Shown piece after piece: positions 51,820 through 62,989 of a stretch of DNA of 64,000 nt. The position numbers were made by a program, and so were the translations under genes. This stretch comes from an uncultured delta proteobacterium (lineage in GTDB: Bacteria; Desulfobacterota; Binatia; UBA9968). Under the pieces are notes generated by a model. That model ran no database searches. It was not told the origin of the DNA and saw only the letters and a program-made list of their open reading frames with translations. Within the stretch, counting starts at the first letter, position 1. Each line of letters begins with the position of its first letter. The stretch covers positions 32,001 through 96,000 of the forward strand of contig CAVSLC010000001.1 in assembly GCA_963728565.1 (NCBI GenBank). Reading direction: 5' to 3'.

Positions 51820-51998
51820 TGCTCTCCATCCACAGCTAAATTTTCGTTGAACCTAACAAAGCCATGTTTCCCGCGCAAGGAAAGCTGCGGCGTGCTACAT
51901 GTCAAAAACGAAAACGCGGCGTCGATTGATGACGCGGCTCGGGATCAGCAAACATCGAATGTTAGGAATCGATTGCCACATCGGCTATAACTTTGTTC

Positions 51999-52694
51999 AT
52001 GCGTTTTCCTGATCGGCTTATCCGCGGCATTCTTGTTCGCCGATACAAACGTTTTCTCGCCGATGTACGCCTGGCTGACGGCCGAGTCGTCATAGCCCAC
52101 TGCACCAATACCGGCAGCATGACAGGCTGCGCCGAACCCGGTAGCACGGTGTATATTTCACCCAGCACGAAGGAAGGCCGCCGTTTGCTGTATACTTGGG
52201 AAATCGTCAAAGTCGGAACAACTTGGGTCGGCATTAACACCCTGCATCCCAACCGACTCGTCGCCGAATCCATAGAAAAAGGCGCCATCAGCGAACTGCG
52301 GGGATATGCGGCAATCCATCGTGAGGTGATCACGCGCCAAGGCACACGGTTAGATCTGCGGCTCGATGGCAATGATGGCTTTTGTTTCGTCGAAGTTAAA
52401 AACGTCACACTTGCCATAGATGGTGCGGCGGCATTTCCCGATGCAGTTACCGCGCGCGGCACTAAACATTTGAAGGAATTGATCTGGCTTCGCAGAAAAG
52501 GCCATCGGGCCGCGGTAGTTTTCGTAATCCAACGCGGCGACTGCAACTATTTTCGACCGGCCGATGAAATCGACTCGGAGTACGGTCGCTGGTTGCGCCG
52601 AGCCGTCAAAGCGGGCGTGGAAGCGCTGCCTTATCGAGCACGAGTCACGGCTAGGGAAGTGGTCCTGACCGAGCGGATTGAAGCGAGATTCTGA
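51999..52694 (+). CDS. sfsA: DNA/RNA nuclease SfsA
   Basis: RYKRFLADV, HCTNTGSM, VEVKNVTL, FPDAVTARGTKHL. Confidence 0.94.
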   Translation: MRFPDRLIRGILVRRYKRFLADVRLADGRVVIAHCTNTGSMTGCAEPGSTVYISPSTKEGRRLLYTWEIVKVGTTWVGINTLHPNRLVAESIEKGAISELRGYAAIHREVITRQGTRLDLRLDGNDGFCFVEVKNVTLAIDGAAAFPDAVTARGTKHLKELIWLRRKGHRAAVVFVIQRGDCNYFRPADEIDSEYGRWLRRAVKAGVEALPYRARVTAREVVLTERIEARF

Positions 52695-52835
52695 TCAGAT
52701 CCCCAACTAGTCCGGATGCAGCTCCAACCCTCGTTGAGAGACGCTTTGAGGTGACAATCAACTTAGCCAACAAGATGAATCGGGCCTCAGCTCTGTTAAA
52801 CGGGGTGCCCTAGCAAGGAATAATAGCTCGAAGCC

Positions 52836-53622
52836 TCAGTTCATCAACCGTCCGCCGGAAACGTTGAGCGATTCACCGGTGGTGTGCGATGAGTCGCTCG
52901 ATGCGAGAAATAAAGCAGCTTTTGCGACTTCCTCGTGTTTGGCATATTTTCGCAAAGGCGTCAGCTCCAAGATGCTTTTCTCCAACTGCGAGAATTCCAT
53001 TCCAAGTCCCTTGGCCCGTTCCGCATACATGACCCGCAGGTCGGGCTCATCCATACCACCGGGACAAACGATATTGGCTCTGATGCCGTAGGGTCCGGCC
53101 TCTTTGGCGATGGTCTGAGTCAATCCCAATAATCCCCACTTGGCGGCGCAAAGAGAACCGCGCAGGGCCATACCTTCTTTTCCGGCGGTGCCGGAGATGC
53201 TGACGATGCTGCCGCTTTTCTGTTTCATCATCACTTTTAACACTGCCCTGCAGCACAGAAACACCGCCTTCAGATTAACTGAAAGAACAAGATCCCATTC
53301 CTCCTCGGTGATGTCTTGCACCGGGACTAGCGGCCCGCGCAATCCCGCGCTGTTGACGAGCACGTCGATTTTGCCATGGCGCTCGATAACTTCTGTTCAC
53401 CATGTTGTCGACCTGGGCATCATCAGTGGCATCGGCAATAACAGCGATTGCATTGCCGTCCCGTTGGTTGATTGCTTGCGCCACGCCATCCAATTGCGAC
53501 TTGGCCTTAGCGACATCGACCAAGACAACGTTGGCGCCTTCTTTAGAGAAGAGGTGGGCGATCGCCTCGCCGATACCTCGAGCACCACCCACCACTACGG
53601 CTATCTGGCCAGCTAATTTCAT
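52836..53622 (-). CDS. Short-chain dehydrogenase/reductase (frameshift near 53395); atypical active site
   Basis: GGARGIG, LVNSAG, NIVCPG, LNVSGG; LCAAK in place of YxxxK. Confidence 0.85.
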
Positions 53623-53680
53623 GATTGCTCCTTTCGGTAGGCAGCCCCACTGCGGAGCCATCCTCTGTGCAACAGAGTTC

Positions 53681-53715
53681 AAAAAAAGAGGGCGACTGCA
53701 TCTGCGGCCGCCCTC
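53681..53715 (-). terminator. Intrinsic terminator after the UbiD gene
   Basis: GAGGGCG/CGCCCTC stem plus U7 on the minus strand. Confidence 0.65.
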
Positions 53716-53739
53716 CTGTAAGCACCACCAGAGTTTTTC

Positions 53740-55231
53740 CTAAGCTTCGATAACTTTCTTCCACTTGTTATAGATCTTCTCGCGCAATTCGGGAGATGAC
53801 TCTGCCACCGGCGGGAACTCTTTCATCCATTCAAACGGCCGGCACGCATCGATGACCGCACGCGAGTTGAAACCCTTCTTACTTGGATGAATGCGCGGAT
53901 CGAGAGGACCGCTCCAGCAACGGCGTAGGATTTCGATGGACTCCACCGGATCCGAACGGCTCGCCAAAGCCCATATAACATCGAACGTATTCGTTGGATC
54001 AATGTCGTCATCGACAACTATCACATAGCGGCCGAGATAAGCGCCGGCATGGACCTGGGAGGCTGCCAGCATGGCTTGACGCGCATGGCCCGGATAACGT
54101 TGCTTGATCGAAATGATGTTAAACAAACGCCCGCCGCCCGCCTCGTGACACCACACGCCTTTGACATCAGGGACGCCGCATTTCTCAACCTGCTCCCAGA
54201 TCAAGGCCGCCTTGACCATACACTTGGCGATTGAATAGTCCGACGGCGGCCGGCCGGGGCGGGCGCAACAGAGAATTGGATCATTGCGGTAGTAAATGTT
54301 TTCAACCCGTACCACCGGTTCCGGACGGCTCGAGCTGGCATAATAACCGGTCCACTCACCGAACGGTCCTTCGGTCTTCCGGTCGGTGGGATCCATCCAC
54401 CCTTCGATGACGATTTCAGCGTTGGCGGCAAATGGTAGTCCGGTGGCTTTACCTTCGATGATCTCGATGGGCGCACCTTTCAGTCCGCCGGCGTAATCAA
54501 ATTCGCCCACACCGTAATCGATCTCGTTACCCGAAACCATAAACAACACAGGGTCCTGACCGACCGAGATAACCACCGGGCAGGGTTTTCCGCGTTCGAA
54601 GTATTTGGCGCGTTGAATGCTGCCATGCTTACCGGGAGAAATGTACAACCCCATGCTCTTTTCGTCATGAACCATGCCGCGGTAGGCGCCGAAGTTAACC
54701 CAGCCTTCATCGGGATCCCGCGTTGTAACCAAGCAGGCAGTGCCGATGAAACGTCCGCCATCGAGCTCGTGCATAAACGGCACCGGGAACTTGAGCAGAT
54801 TGACCTTGTCACCCGAATCCACGTTCTCCAGGATGGGACCTTTGGTCACTACTTTATGCTTGATCGGCTCGTGCGTAACGAGCTTCTGACGGAAGGCTCG
54901 TACCAAGTCGAGATTGGAGAGTTCCAGCGGCAAGCCGAGGTTTAATGCCATTCTTTTAAATGAGGCATTCTGGGCGAAGAGAGTGCGAAATCCTTTCGGG
55001 TAGCCAGGCACGTTATCAAAAAGGACCGCTGGCACAGCCCCAGCCTTTGGTCTCGCGCGAAAGAAGCTCGGCGAGTGTGCCCATTTCGAGATTCCAATCG
55101 GCTCCGTCGATTTTTTTTAGCTCGCCGAAACTGTCGACAATCTCGAGCCAGTCACGTAGATCGGTGTATTTCGGTGTTTTACCGGCTTTGATTTCATCTT
55201 CGGCTAGTTTTCTAGCCTCTAGTGCTGTCAT
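53740..55231 (-). CDS. UbiD-family prFMN-dependent decarboxylase (frameshift near 55040)
   Basis: DLRDWL, PAVLFDNVPGY, DGGRF, NFGAYR, EGPFGEWTGY, VVDDDIDP. Confidence 0.92.
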
Positions 55232-56416
55232 GAAAGTACTCCTTTCGCCTGTGGCGATTCTTTATCGTAGTTCGCTACCATCGTTTCTTCAACACCCTCC
55301 GTATCATCCGCCGGCAATCCATTGCAACTCTTGGGGTCCAAGTGCAAATAAACTTTATCGCCAGGATTCACCGAATGAAATGGGTGCGTGTGAACGGCGA
55401 GAATATCCTCACCGACAGCAATTTTGCACTGGTAAGAATCGCCCATGAAGATTGCTTCCGTGACAGTGCCCTCAAGCACGTTCTCCAAGCTCTGCGGCTT
55501 CTCTTTGTGCAACGGAATGTTTTCCGGCCGGATCGAAATTACCGCCGGACTGATCTTTCTTTAGCCCAGGCGCCGGAATAAAACTCAAAATACCTTTTTT
55601 AGTCTCCATCTTGCCTGGCCTGCCGTCACCGTCAACGTCAAGAACTTTCCCATTAATAAGGTTGGTCAGCCCCAGGAATGTCGCGGTAAATCGCCGTTTG
55701 GGTCGAGTGTAAAGCTGGTGCGGCGAACCGACCTCAATCAGTGTTCCGCCATGCATGACGGCGATCTGATCTGAAATCGCCAAAGCTTCGGCTTGATCAT
55801 GCGTGACGAAGATCGTGGTGATATTGGTCCGTCGCTGCAACGCTTTGATTTCCGAGCGCATCTGCACGCGCAGTTTCGCGTCCAGGTTACTCAGCGGTTC
55901 ATCCAGCAACATAACTTTGGGCTCGTTGATCAGAGCGCGGGCGAACGCAACCCGCTGCTGCTGTCCGCCGGAAAGTTTCGGAGCGGGGCGGTCTTCCAGG
56001 CCGTCAAGTCCTACAATCCTGAGAACGTCTTTGACCCTGCGTTTGATTTCGTCCTTGGATCTACGTTGAATCGTCAGTGGATACGCGACGTTTTGAGCAA
56101 CCGTCATGTGCGGCCAAATCGCATAGGATTGAAACACCATCCCGATCGGTCGTTTGTTGGTGGGAACGTAAACCCGCTCGCCCGAAGCGAAAACCGTTTG
56201 TCCGCCAATGCTGATCCTGCCACCATCCGGCCTCTCTAACCCAGCAACACAGCGCAAGGTGGTGGTCTTGCCGCAGCCGCTTGGGCCCAGAAACGTATAG
56301 AGCAATCCCTCGGGTATGTTCAGCGATACACCCTTGAGAACATGAACGCGTTCCTTGTCTTCGCCGAAATACTTTTCAAGAGCCTCGATTTGAACCATGT
56401 CTCTTCTATCTGCCAT
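55228..56416 (-). CDS. ABC ATPase, FbpC/PotA type with TOBE domain (frameshift near 55545)
   Basis: GPSGCGKTT, VFQSYAIWPHM, LSGGQQQR, DEPLSNLDAKLR. Confidence 0.9.
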
Positions 56417-56471
56417 ATTTCCTCCGGATGGGTGACGGCTATACGGATCTCACTTGTAAAAAGGATCTAAC

Positions 56472-58163
56472 TTATTGCGCGATCCCTATTTTTGCTCCCA
56501 GCTTACGGGCGATAAATGCCATCACAAGAAGCAACAGAACCATCAGGACTCCCAATGCACAAACGTAGGTGTATTGCCCGCCTTCCCACAAGTCAAATGC
56601 CATGATCGAAAGAACCGTACTGTTGTAAGAATAAAGCAAGATCGATGTGGAAAGCTCCCGTAATGCAATGATACTGATGTAAATCCAACCCGCGGTAAAA
56701 CCGGGCATCAACAGCGGCAGAATAATTCTCTTGAAGGTTTGCAACCAGGTGCCGCCGGCCGTGAGGGACGCCTCTTCGAGTTCCTTGTTGATTTGAATCA
56801 TCGAAGCCGACGCCGCCCGAATGCCGTAGGGCATAAACTTGGTGATGTAAGCTAACAGCAATACCCACATCGTGCCATAGATCGGAATCGGCAATGTGAG
56901 ATACACCCATATCAAGCTGACACCCAGTACGATGCCCGGCATCGCAATAGGAATGAAGGTCATATTGTCCAACAGGGCTCGTCCGGGAAGCTTGGTTTTT
57001 ACAGTTATCCAGGCGATTACCGAGGTGAGCAGCATCACCAAGGTTGCCGAACCGACGGACAGATAGAAACTGTTCTTGAACGCAGTCACAGCGAGCGGAT
57101 AGTTCAATATGTAGTGATAATTAGCCAGTGTCATCTTGCCCATGAGCTCACGCGACGGAACGCCGTAATACGGAATGAACGAGGACCACAGCAGCACAAA
57201 CACAGGCAGAATCACGGCAAGAAAGAATATAAAGAACGACAGCGCGCAAGTGAAATATTTCCATTTACCAAGATCGATCACCCTCGGACGATACCCTTTG
57301 CCGGTAACTGTGGCGTAACGCTCCTCACGGCGCGTAATCTTGCCGTAGATTAAAACGCCAATGCTGCTGATGACCAATAACGTGACCGCGTAGGAGCCTG
57401 CCAACCCGAAGTCCGAAGGAAACTGATGGATGGCCAGAAAAATCTTGGTGGTAAAAACGGAGATCTTGGCCGGCACGCCAATCAGCGCCGGCACTTCAAA
57501 TGCCTCAATGCCGCGAATAAAGACGATCAATAACACACTGAACAGGGCCGGGCGCATCAGAGGCAGGGTAATTCGTTTAAAGGTGGTCCACGTACTCGAG
57601 CCAGCTGTCAGCGCCGCTTCTTCGAGCGAAGTGTCCATGTTGCGAAGGGCGGCAGACATGAGAAGAAATACCAGCGGGTAATCATGGATTGCTTCCGCCC
57701 AGATCATGCCCCACATGGAATAAACGTTGAATGGCGCAGACTCCAGGCCTAGGAGTCCCTTTAGAGTCAAATTAATCAACCCGATCTTCGGACTGAGAAG
57801 AAGGATCCAGGAAATCGTGCTGAGAATCCCCGGAATAATGAAGGGGACCAACGCCATCACGACAAAGACTTTTTTAAATGGAGTATTGGTTCGTTCGCTG
57901 ACCCAGGCCAGGAACGTTCCAATCAAACAGGTGAGCGCGCAGGTTCCGACCGCAAAGTAGAGCGAATTGAGAAAGAGAAGATAAAACTCCTTGTCGAAAT
58001 AAGCCCTGACGTAGTTCTGGATCGTATAGGTAGCACCGGGTTCGCCGATGGGAGCGCTTCTTATGCTGCCGTAAAGCAGCATAACAAGCGGAACACCCGC
58101 CAAGTAAACGACAAAAACGATAGCGCCGATCAGAATCAGGGTCTGGGAGTTTGGACGCCGCAC
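56472..58163 (-). CDS. FbpB-type ABC permease with two TM domains
   Basis: Two EAA motifs (SLEEAA, ELEEAS); own AGGAG RBS at 58174-58170 before GTG 58163. Confidence 0.88.
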   Translation of the reverse strand: MRRPNSQTLILIGAIVFVVYLAGVPLVMLLYGSIRSAPIGEPGATYTIQNYVRAYFDKEFYLLFLNSLYFAVGTCALTCLIGTFLAWVSERTNTPFKKVFVVMALVPFIIPGILSTISWILLLSPKIGLINLTLKGLLGLESAPFNVYSMWGMIWAEAIHDYPLVFLLMSAALRNMDTSLEEAALTAGSSTWTTFKRITLPLMRPALFSVLLIVFIRGIEAFEVPALIGVPAKISVFTTKIFLAIHQFPSDFGLAGSYAVTLLVISSIGVLIYGKITRREERYATVTGKGYRPRVIDLGKWKYFTCALSFFIFFLAVILPVFVLLWSSFIPYYGVPSRELMGKMTLANYHYILNYPLAVTAFKNSFYLSVGSATLVMLLTSVIAWITVKTKLPGRALLDNMTFIPIAMPGIVLGVSLIWVYLTLPIPIYGTMWVLLLAYITKFMPYGIRAASASMIQINKELEEASLTAGGTWLQTFKRIILPLLMPGFTAGWIYISIIALRELSTSILLYSYNSTVLSIMAFDLWEGGQYTYVCALGVLMVLLLLVMAFIARKLGAKIGIAQ

Positions 58164-58185
58164 CCTTAACTCCTGAAGGCTGGCG

Positions 58186-59000
58186 CTATGCGTCGATATT
58201 ATGCACGACTTGGTCTGGACCATCGTTTTCTTGACTTCTTCCTCGATCAACGTCCAAAGATGGTCTTCATATTCCAAGAACCTGGGGTCGCGTTTGACGG
58301 CCAGCGGTCTAGGCCGAGGAATGTCGATTTTCATCATTTCTTTCACTCTGCCGGGTCGCGCGCCGAACACGATCACACGGTCGGCCAAATAGATGGCTTC
58401 GTTGATCTGATGCGTGATAAACAGCACGGTCTTCCCCGACTCGCGCCAGATGCGCAACAGCTCGGACTGCATAATTTCTCGAGTTTGCGCATCGAGAGCC
58501 GCAAACGGTTCATCCATGATGAGGATTTCCGGATCGACCGTGAGAGCGCGGGCTAAGTTACAGCGCTGCTGCATACCGCCGGAGAGTTCATGGGGGTAGT
58601 GATCTTCGAAGCCGCCAAGGCCGACCAACTTGATGAACTTCTGCGCCCGCTCTTTGCCTTCGCCGTTATCGAGCCCCTGGCATTCTAGGCCGAAGATCAC
58701 ATTCTTGAAAACGGTTCTCCACGGCATGAGGCAGGAATCTTGAAAAACCATTCCACGATCGGTTCCCGGTCCGGTTACCGGCCGATCATCGATCATCAAT
58801 TGTCCGCCGGTCGGCTTGAGCAACCCATCGGCAAGATTGATGAAGGTGGTCTTGCCGCAACCGCTTGGTCCGACAATGGTGACAAATTCACCTTCGTCGA
58901 CCTGAAGATTGACGTTATCAAGCGCGAGCAGCCGACCTCCGGTACGCGGCTGGTAGTACTCCATCCGTAGATTGACTGCTTTAAGTTTGGTTTGTGCCAC
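58186..59000 (-). CDS. NitT/TauT-family ABC ATPase (reads in-frame into the permease in this assembly)
   Basis: GPSGCGKTT, PGTDRGMVFQ, YPHELSGGMQQR, DEPFAALDAQTR, DIPRPR. Confidence 0.85.
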
Positions 59001-59114
59001 ATGGCCTCCTTAAAATGGGTCTTTTCTCTAAAAAACTTTTTTAATCATCAACAGACGGACAAAACGTCGTACATTTAGCAAAATCAAATCTTTTTTCAAG
59101 CGTTATTCCATAGA

Positions 59115-59143
59115 TTGACAACGCTTAGCCGATTCGGTAGTTT
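59115..59143 (+). promoter_or_regulatory. Sigma70 promoter of the gntR-amidohydrolase operon
   Basis: TTGACA-N17-TAGTTT. Confidence 0.7.
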
Positions 59144-59151
59144 CCCCAAAC

Positions 59152-59179
59152 AATTTGCATAAAATATTTTATGCAAATT
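59152..59179. promoter_or_regulatory. 28-bp perfect palindrome, probable GntR operator
   Basis: AATTTGCATAAAAT|ATTTTATGCAAATT between the -10 and the gntR ATG. Confidence 0.8.
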
Positions 59180-59186
59180 TAGATCG

Positions 59187-59957
59187 ATGAATTATCCCCT
59201 GAAGCAACCTAAAACTAAATCGCGCGGCAGTGAAAATCTTTCAGTTCGCGTTTACAACGAGATCAAGAATTTAATCTTGTGCAATGAAATAATGCCCGGA
59301 CAAAAGCTCCATCATCAGCAACTCAGCGAACGACTCGGCGTGAGTAGAACCCCCGTTCGCGAAGCATTAACCCGATTAGTGCAGGAAGGATACGTCGCGT
59401 TTCTGCCGAACCGGGGTTTTACCTGCAAAGAAATTAGAATGCAAGAGGCCGAAGAGCTCTACGATCTCCGCGAAGCGCTCGAAGCATTTGCGGTGCAAAA
59501 AGCGATTGAGAAGCTTACCGATGCTGGGCTTGATCAGCTGCGCGAGAAGGTGGATTTGTACGGCGGCGACGTGCAGAATCGGTTCACTAGAGAACGTCTT
59601 ATGTACGATCAGGACATTCACCTTGAGATCGCTCAATTGGCTGGCAACGAGACGTTGAAAAAAACCCTTGGGCATGTTTTTGAGCGGATCGTCTTGAAAC
59701 GCAGAACCGACGGGCTCTATGACGCCGCGCGCGGCGTCAACGCTCATCAACAGCATCTACGGCTGTTGCAAGCGATGGAGCAGCGCAATATCGCTGAGGC
59801 GGTGGGCATCGTGAGGGCGCACATCCGCAAAGGAAAACAGAACGTGCTTTCAGATTTGGAGCAAAGGTTGGCGATCCGAGAATTACGTGCAACAGCAACG
59901 GTTGAAAAACGTGAAAACCAAACACAGAGAAAGGAAGAGAAATGGCCGCAGATCTAG
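59187..59957 (+). CDS. GntR-family (FCD) regulator
   Basis: LSERLGVSRTPVREAL..L..EG; FCD domain. Confidence 0.92.
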   Translation: MNYPLKQPKTKSRGSENLSVRVYNEIKNLILCNEIMPGQKLHHQQLSERLGVSRTPVREALTRLVQEGYVAFLPNRGFTCKEIRMQEAEELYDLREALEAFAVQKAIEKLTDAGLDQLREKVDLYGGDVQNRFTRERLMYDQDIHLEIAQLAGNETLKKTLGHVFERIVLKRRTDGLYDAARGVNAHQQHLRLLQAMEQRNIAEAVGIVRAHIRKGKQNVLSDLEQRLAIRELRATATVEKRENQTQRKEEKWPQI

Positions 59958-61312
59958 TAATAAAAAACGGTTGGGTGGTAACACCCGAAGAAACGTTCCA
60001 AGGGGGAGTTGCCATCAGCAACGAGAAAATCGTCGCGATCGGCGCTAACGATGTATTACCTCAGGGGAAAGAAGAAATCGATGCCAAGGGAAAACATATC
60101 CTCCCGGGGATTATCGATGGACACGTCCACTTCAGGGAACCAGGGATGACCCACAAGGAGGATTTCACCACCGGGTCGACCGCCGCCGTTTGTGGCGGAA
60201 TCACCTCGGTCGTTGACATGCCGAATACCGTTCCCCCTACCGCCCAAGCCGAGCAGGTAAAAATAAAGCAGCAGCTGGGCGAGGCCAAGTCACTCGTCGA
60301 CTTCGGCGTCACCGGTGTCGTTGTGCAAACCAACACAAAAGACATTTTGCCGATGGCCGACGCCGGCGCCATTGGCTTCAAGATTTTCTTCGGTGAGACT
60401 ATTGGTAATCTCCCTTTCCCGGACGATGGCATGTGCATGGAGGCATTCGACTACATCGCGCAATCGAAGTTGCCGTTGGGAATTCACGCAGAAAATCGGC
60501 AGATCATGGCGTACTGCACCAACAAGCTAAAAAGCGAGGGAAAGAACGAGGCCCGTTACTGGGAGGCATCGCGCCCGGATATCTGCGAGGCAGAATCCGT
60601 CCATCACGCGATTTTCTTCGCAGAGATGTTCGGCACCAAGCTACATGTCTTCCATATGAGCTCCAAACAGGCAGCCTATATGGTGCGCGATGCCAAGGCC
60701 CGGGGCATGAGGATCACCGCCGAAACCGGCCCGCATTACCTCCTGCGCGAGCCCAACGACATGGATCAAGTCGGCTCATTGCTGAAGATGAACCCCCCGG
60801 TGCGAACCAAGGATCACGGCGAAGTTCTGTGGCAGGGCCTTCGTGAAGGATTTGTTGACACTCTGGCCACCGATCATTCACCGCATACTCTCGATGAAAA
60901 AGGTTCGGATATTTACGGAAAGCTTACCAAACCGGCAATCTGGGACTGCATCTCCGGTTTCTGCGGTGTTGAAACCGGCGTCCCCCTGATCTTGACTGAA
61001 GTAAACAAAGGCCGCTTGACGCTGAATCAGTATGTCAAGGTAGCCTGTGAAAATCCGGCTAGGGTTTGGCAGGTCTACCCAAAAAAGGGCGCCATCAGGC
61101 TTGGCTCCGACGGCGATATCACCATCGTCGATATGGATAAGGAGGGCACCATCGACGTCAATAAGCTGCACAGCAAGAACAAGCCGTCCCCATGGCATGG
61201 TTGGAAAGTCAAAGGACTGCCGGTATGCACGGTCGTGCGAGGTCATGTGCAAATGCGCGACGGCGAGCCTTGTGGTAAGCCGATCGGGCGCATGCTCAGG
61301 CCTTTGATCTAG
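59942..61312 (+). CDS. Cyclic amidohydrolase (allantoinase/dihydroorotase family)
   Basis: PGIIDGHVHFREPG, DMPNT, HAEN, KMNPPVR, ATDHSPH. Confidence 0.88.
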   Translation: MAADLVIKNGWVVTPEETFQGGVAISNEKIVAIGANDVLPQGKEEIDAKGKHILPGIIDGHVHFREPGMTHKEDFTTGSTAAVCGGITSVVDMPNTVPPTAQAEQVKIKQQLGEAKSLVDFGVTGVVVQTNTKDILPMADAGAIGFKIFFGETIGNLPFPDDGMCMEAFDYIAQSKLPLGIHAENRQIMAYCTNKLKSEGKNEARYWEASRPDICEAESVHHAIFFAEMFGTKLHVFHMSSKQAAYMVRDAKARGMRITAETGPHYLLREPNDMDQVGSLLKMNPPVRTKDHGEVLWQGLREGFVDTLATDHSPHTLDEKGSDIYGKLTKPAIWDCISGFCGVETGVPLILTEVNKGRLTLNQYVKVACENPARVWQVYPKKGAIRLGSDGDITIVDMDKEGTIDVNKLHSKNKPSPWHGWKVKGLPVCTVVRGHVQMRDGEPCGKPIGRMLRPLI

Positions 61313-61448
61313 TTCTCCGCAGTCAAATACAGCGAACGTCCGGCGGCATACGCTGAATTGGTTCTAGTAGTGAGTGACGTTTTCTTTCGCTTCCTAACTA
61401 AATTTGGGTTTGCCGCTGGCCGTCTTCGCTTTCGCAAGGAAGTAGCCG

Positions 61449-62360
61449 ATGAAACGCACCGAAGCCTTCGAAATGTACCAGCCGACTTCGCTTAGTGAGG
61501 CCAGTCTGCTCCTGAAAGAGAAAGGCCCTGGCGGCCGTTTTCTTGCGGGAGGTACCGACCTGGTGATCGCGATGAAGGAGAAAGGTTTGGTTCCGAAGTA
61601 TGTTGTCGATCTCAAGCGGCTTCCGGGCTTATCCGGCATCCGTCAAAATAGCGACGGCAGCATTGTTATCGGCGCGTTGACGACCATGCGCGAAATCGAG
61701 ATATCTCCGCTGCTCACGAAGAAGTATCCCTTTCTTTGCCAAAGCGCGGCGGAAGTGGGTTCAATTCAGATCCGCAACCGGGCAACCATCGGCGGCAACA
61801 TGTCCAATGCCACACCTTCAGCCGATGTCGCGCCAAGCCTGATCGCGCTTCAAGCCACAGCAAAAATCGCCAGTGCCCGCAGCGAACGCAGCGTAGCGAT
61901 CGAAGAATTCTTCCGCGGTCCCGGGCTGAATATCATGGATCCGGATGAGATTCTTACGGAAATCACGATACCGAAAACTAGCCCACGGCTTGTCGGCGAG
62001 TACATCAAGTTCTCGCCCCGCGAGATGATGGATCTGGCATACGTCGGCGTAGCGGCAGCGTACACGGTCGGCGAAAAGGAAGATAGATGCGAGGGCGTGC
62101 GGATTGTTCTGGGCGCGGTCGCTCCGACCCCGATTCGCGCGAAAAAGGCGGAAGCCGCACTGGAGGGCCAAATCCTCTCCGAAGAGTTGGCCGGGAAGGT
62201 TGGAGCCATCGCCGCGGAAGAGGCAAGACCGATCAGCGATGTTCGCTCATCAGCGGATTATCGGCGCGCCATGGTCGGAGCTATGACCAAGCGGGCGCTG
62301 CTCAATGCCATGGTCGGTCCGGCAAAGTCCTGGGTCGAGCGGCGCGATCGTAGATACTAG
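61449..62360 (+). CDS. Xanthine dehydrogenase family FAD subunit (CoxM-like)
   Basis: LAGGTDL, QIRNRATIGGN, PISDVRSSADYR. Confidence 0.93.
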   Translation: MKRTEAFEMYQPTSLSEASLLLKEKGPGGRFLAGGTDLVIAMKEKGLVPKYVVDLKRLPGLSGIRQNSDGSIVIGALTTMREIEISPLLTKKYPFLCQSAAEVGSIQIRNRATIGGNMSNATPSADVAPSLIALQATAKIASARSERSVAIEEFFRGPGLNIMDPDEILTEITIPKTSPRLVGEYIKFSPREMMDLAYVGVAAAYTVGEKEDRCEGVRIVLGAVAPTPIRAKKAEAALEGQILSEELAGKVGAIAAEEARPISDVRSSADYRRAMVGAMTKRALLNAMVGPAKSWVERRDRRY

Positions 62361-62435
62361 AACCAGTGCTGGAGAACCGCGGTTAGTTCCCCTCGATCAA
62401 CTCCATCGGTTCGATTACGTTTAAGTGAGGCAGTC

Positions 62436-62915
62436 ATGAATAAGAAAATTCAAATGACGTTGAACGGGAAAAGCATCACAAGGGAGGTTGCCAGCCATCG
62501 GCTATTGCTCGACTTGCTCCGTGATGAAATCGGCCTTACCGGAACTAAGGAAGGCTGTGGCACCGGAGACTGCGGCGCTTGCACGGTTCTGATGAACGGC
62601 AAACCTGTCAATTCGTGCCTGATTCTTTCCGGCGAACTCGACGATGCCACCATCGTCACGATTGAAGGCCTCAAAATCGGTTCCGAGCTTCACGCCATTC
62701 AAAAAGCGTTCATTGAAGATGGCGGGGCGCAATGCGGCTATTGCACGCCAGGAATGTTGATGATGTCGAAAGCCTTGCTCGACGAGAATCCCTCACCCAG
62801 CGAGGAAGACATCCGCTTCGCTCTCTCCGGCAACCTCTGCCGTTGCACCGGATACGCCAAGATCGTTCAAGCCGTCCAAGACGCGGCAGCGATGATGCGC
62901 GATAAGAGCGAGTGA
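62436..62915 (+). CDS. Xanthine dehydrogenase family 2Fe-2S subunit (CoxS-like)
   Basis: GCGTGDCGACTV, QCGYCTPG, GNLCRCTGY. Confidence 0.95.
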   Translation: MNKKIQMTLNGKSITREVASHRLLLDLLRDEIGLTGTKEGCGTGDCGACTVLMNGKPVNSCLILSGELDDATIVTIEGLKIGSELHAIQKAFIEDGGAQCGYCTPGMLMMSKALLDENPSPSEEDIRFALSGNLCRCTGYAKIVQAVQDAAAMMRDKSE

Positions 62916-62989
62916 CCGGTTCTTCAGATGACGGCGGATCTATCGACTATTAAAAGATTGAACGTTTCACACATTTTTAGGAGTTAGCC

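Noticed and set aside
56472-59000. 842-aa ATPase-permease fusion as a novel transporter
   Set aside because: The permease has its own AGGAG RBS and GTG at 58163, a one-base shift ends the ATPase at TAG 58186, and similar indels are common in this window
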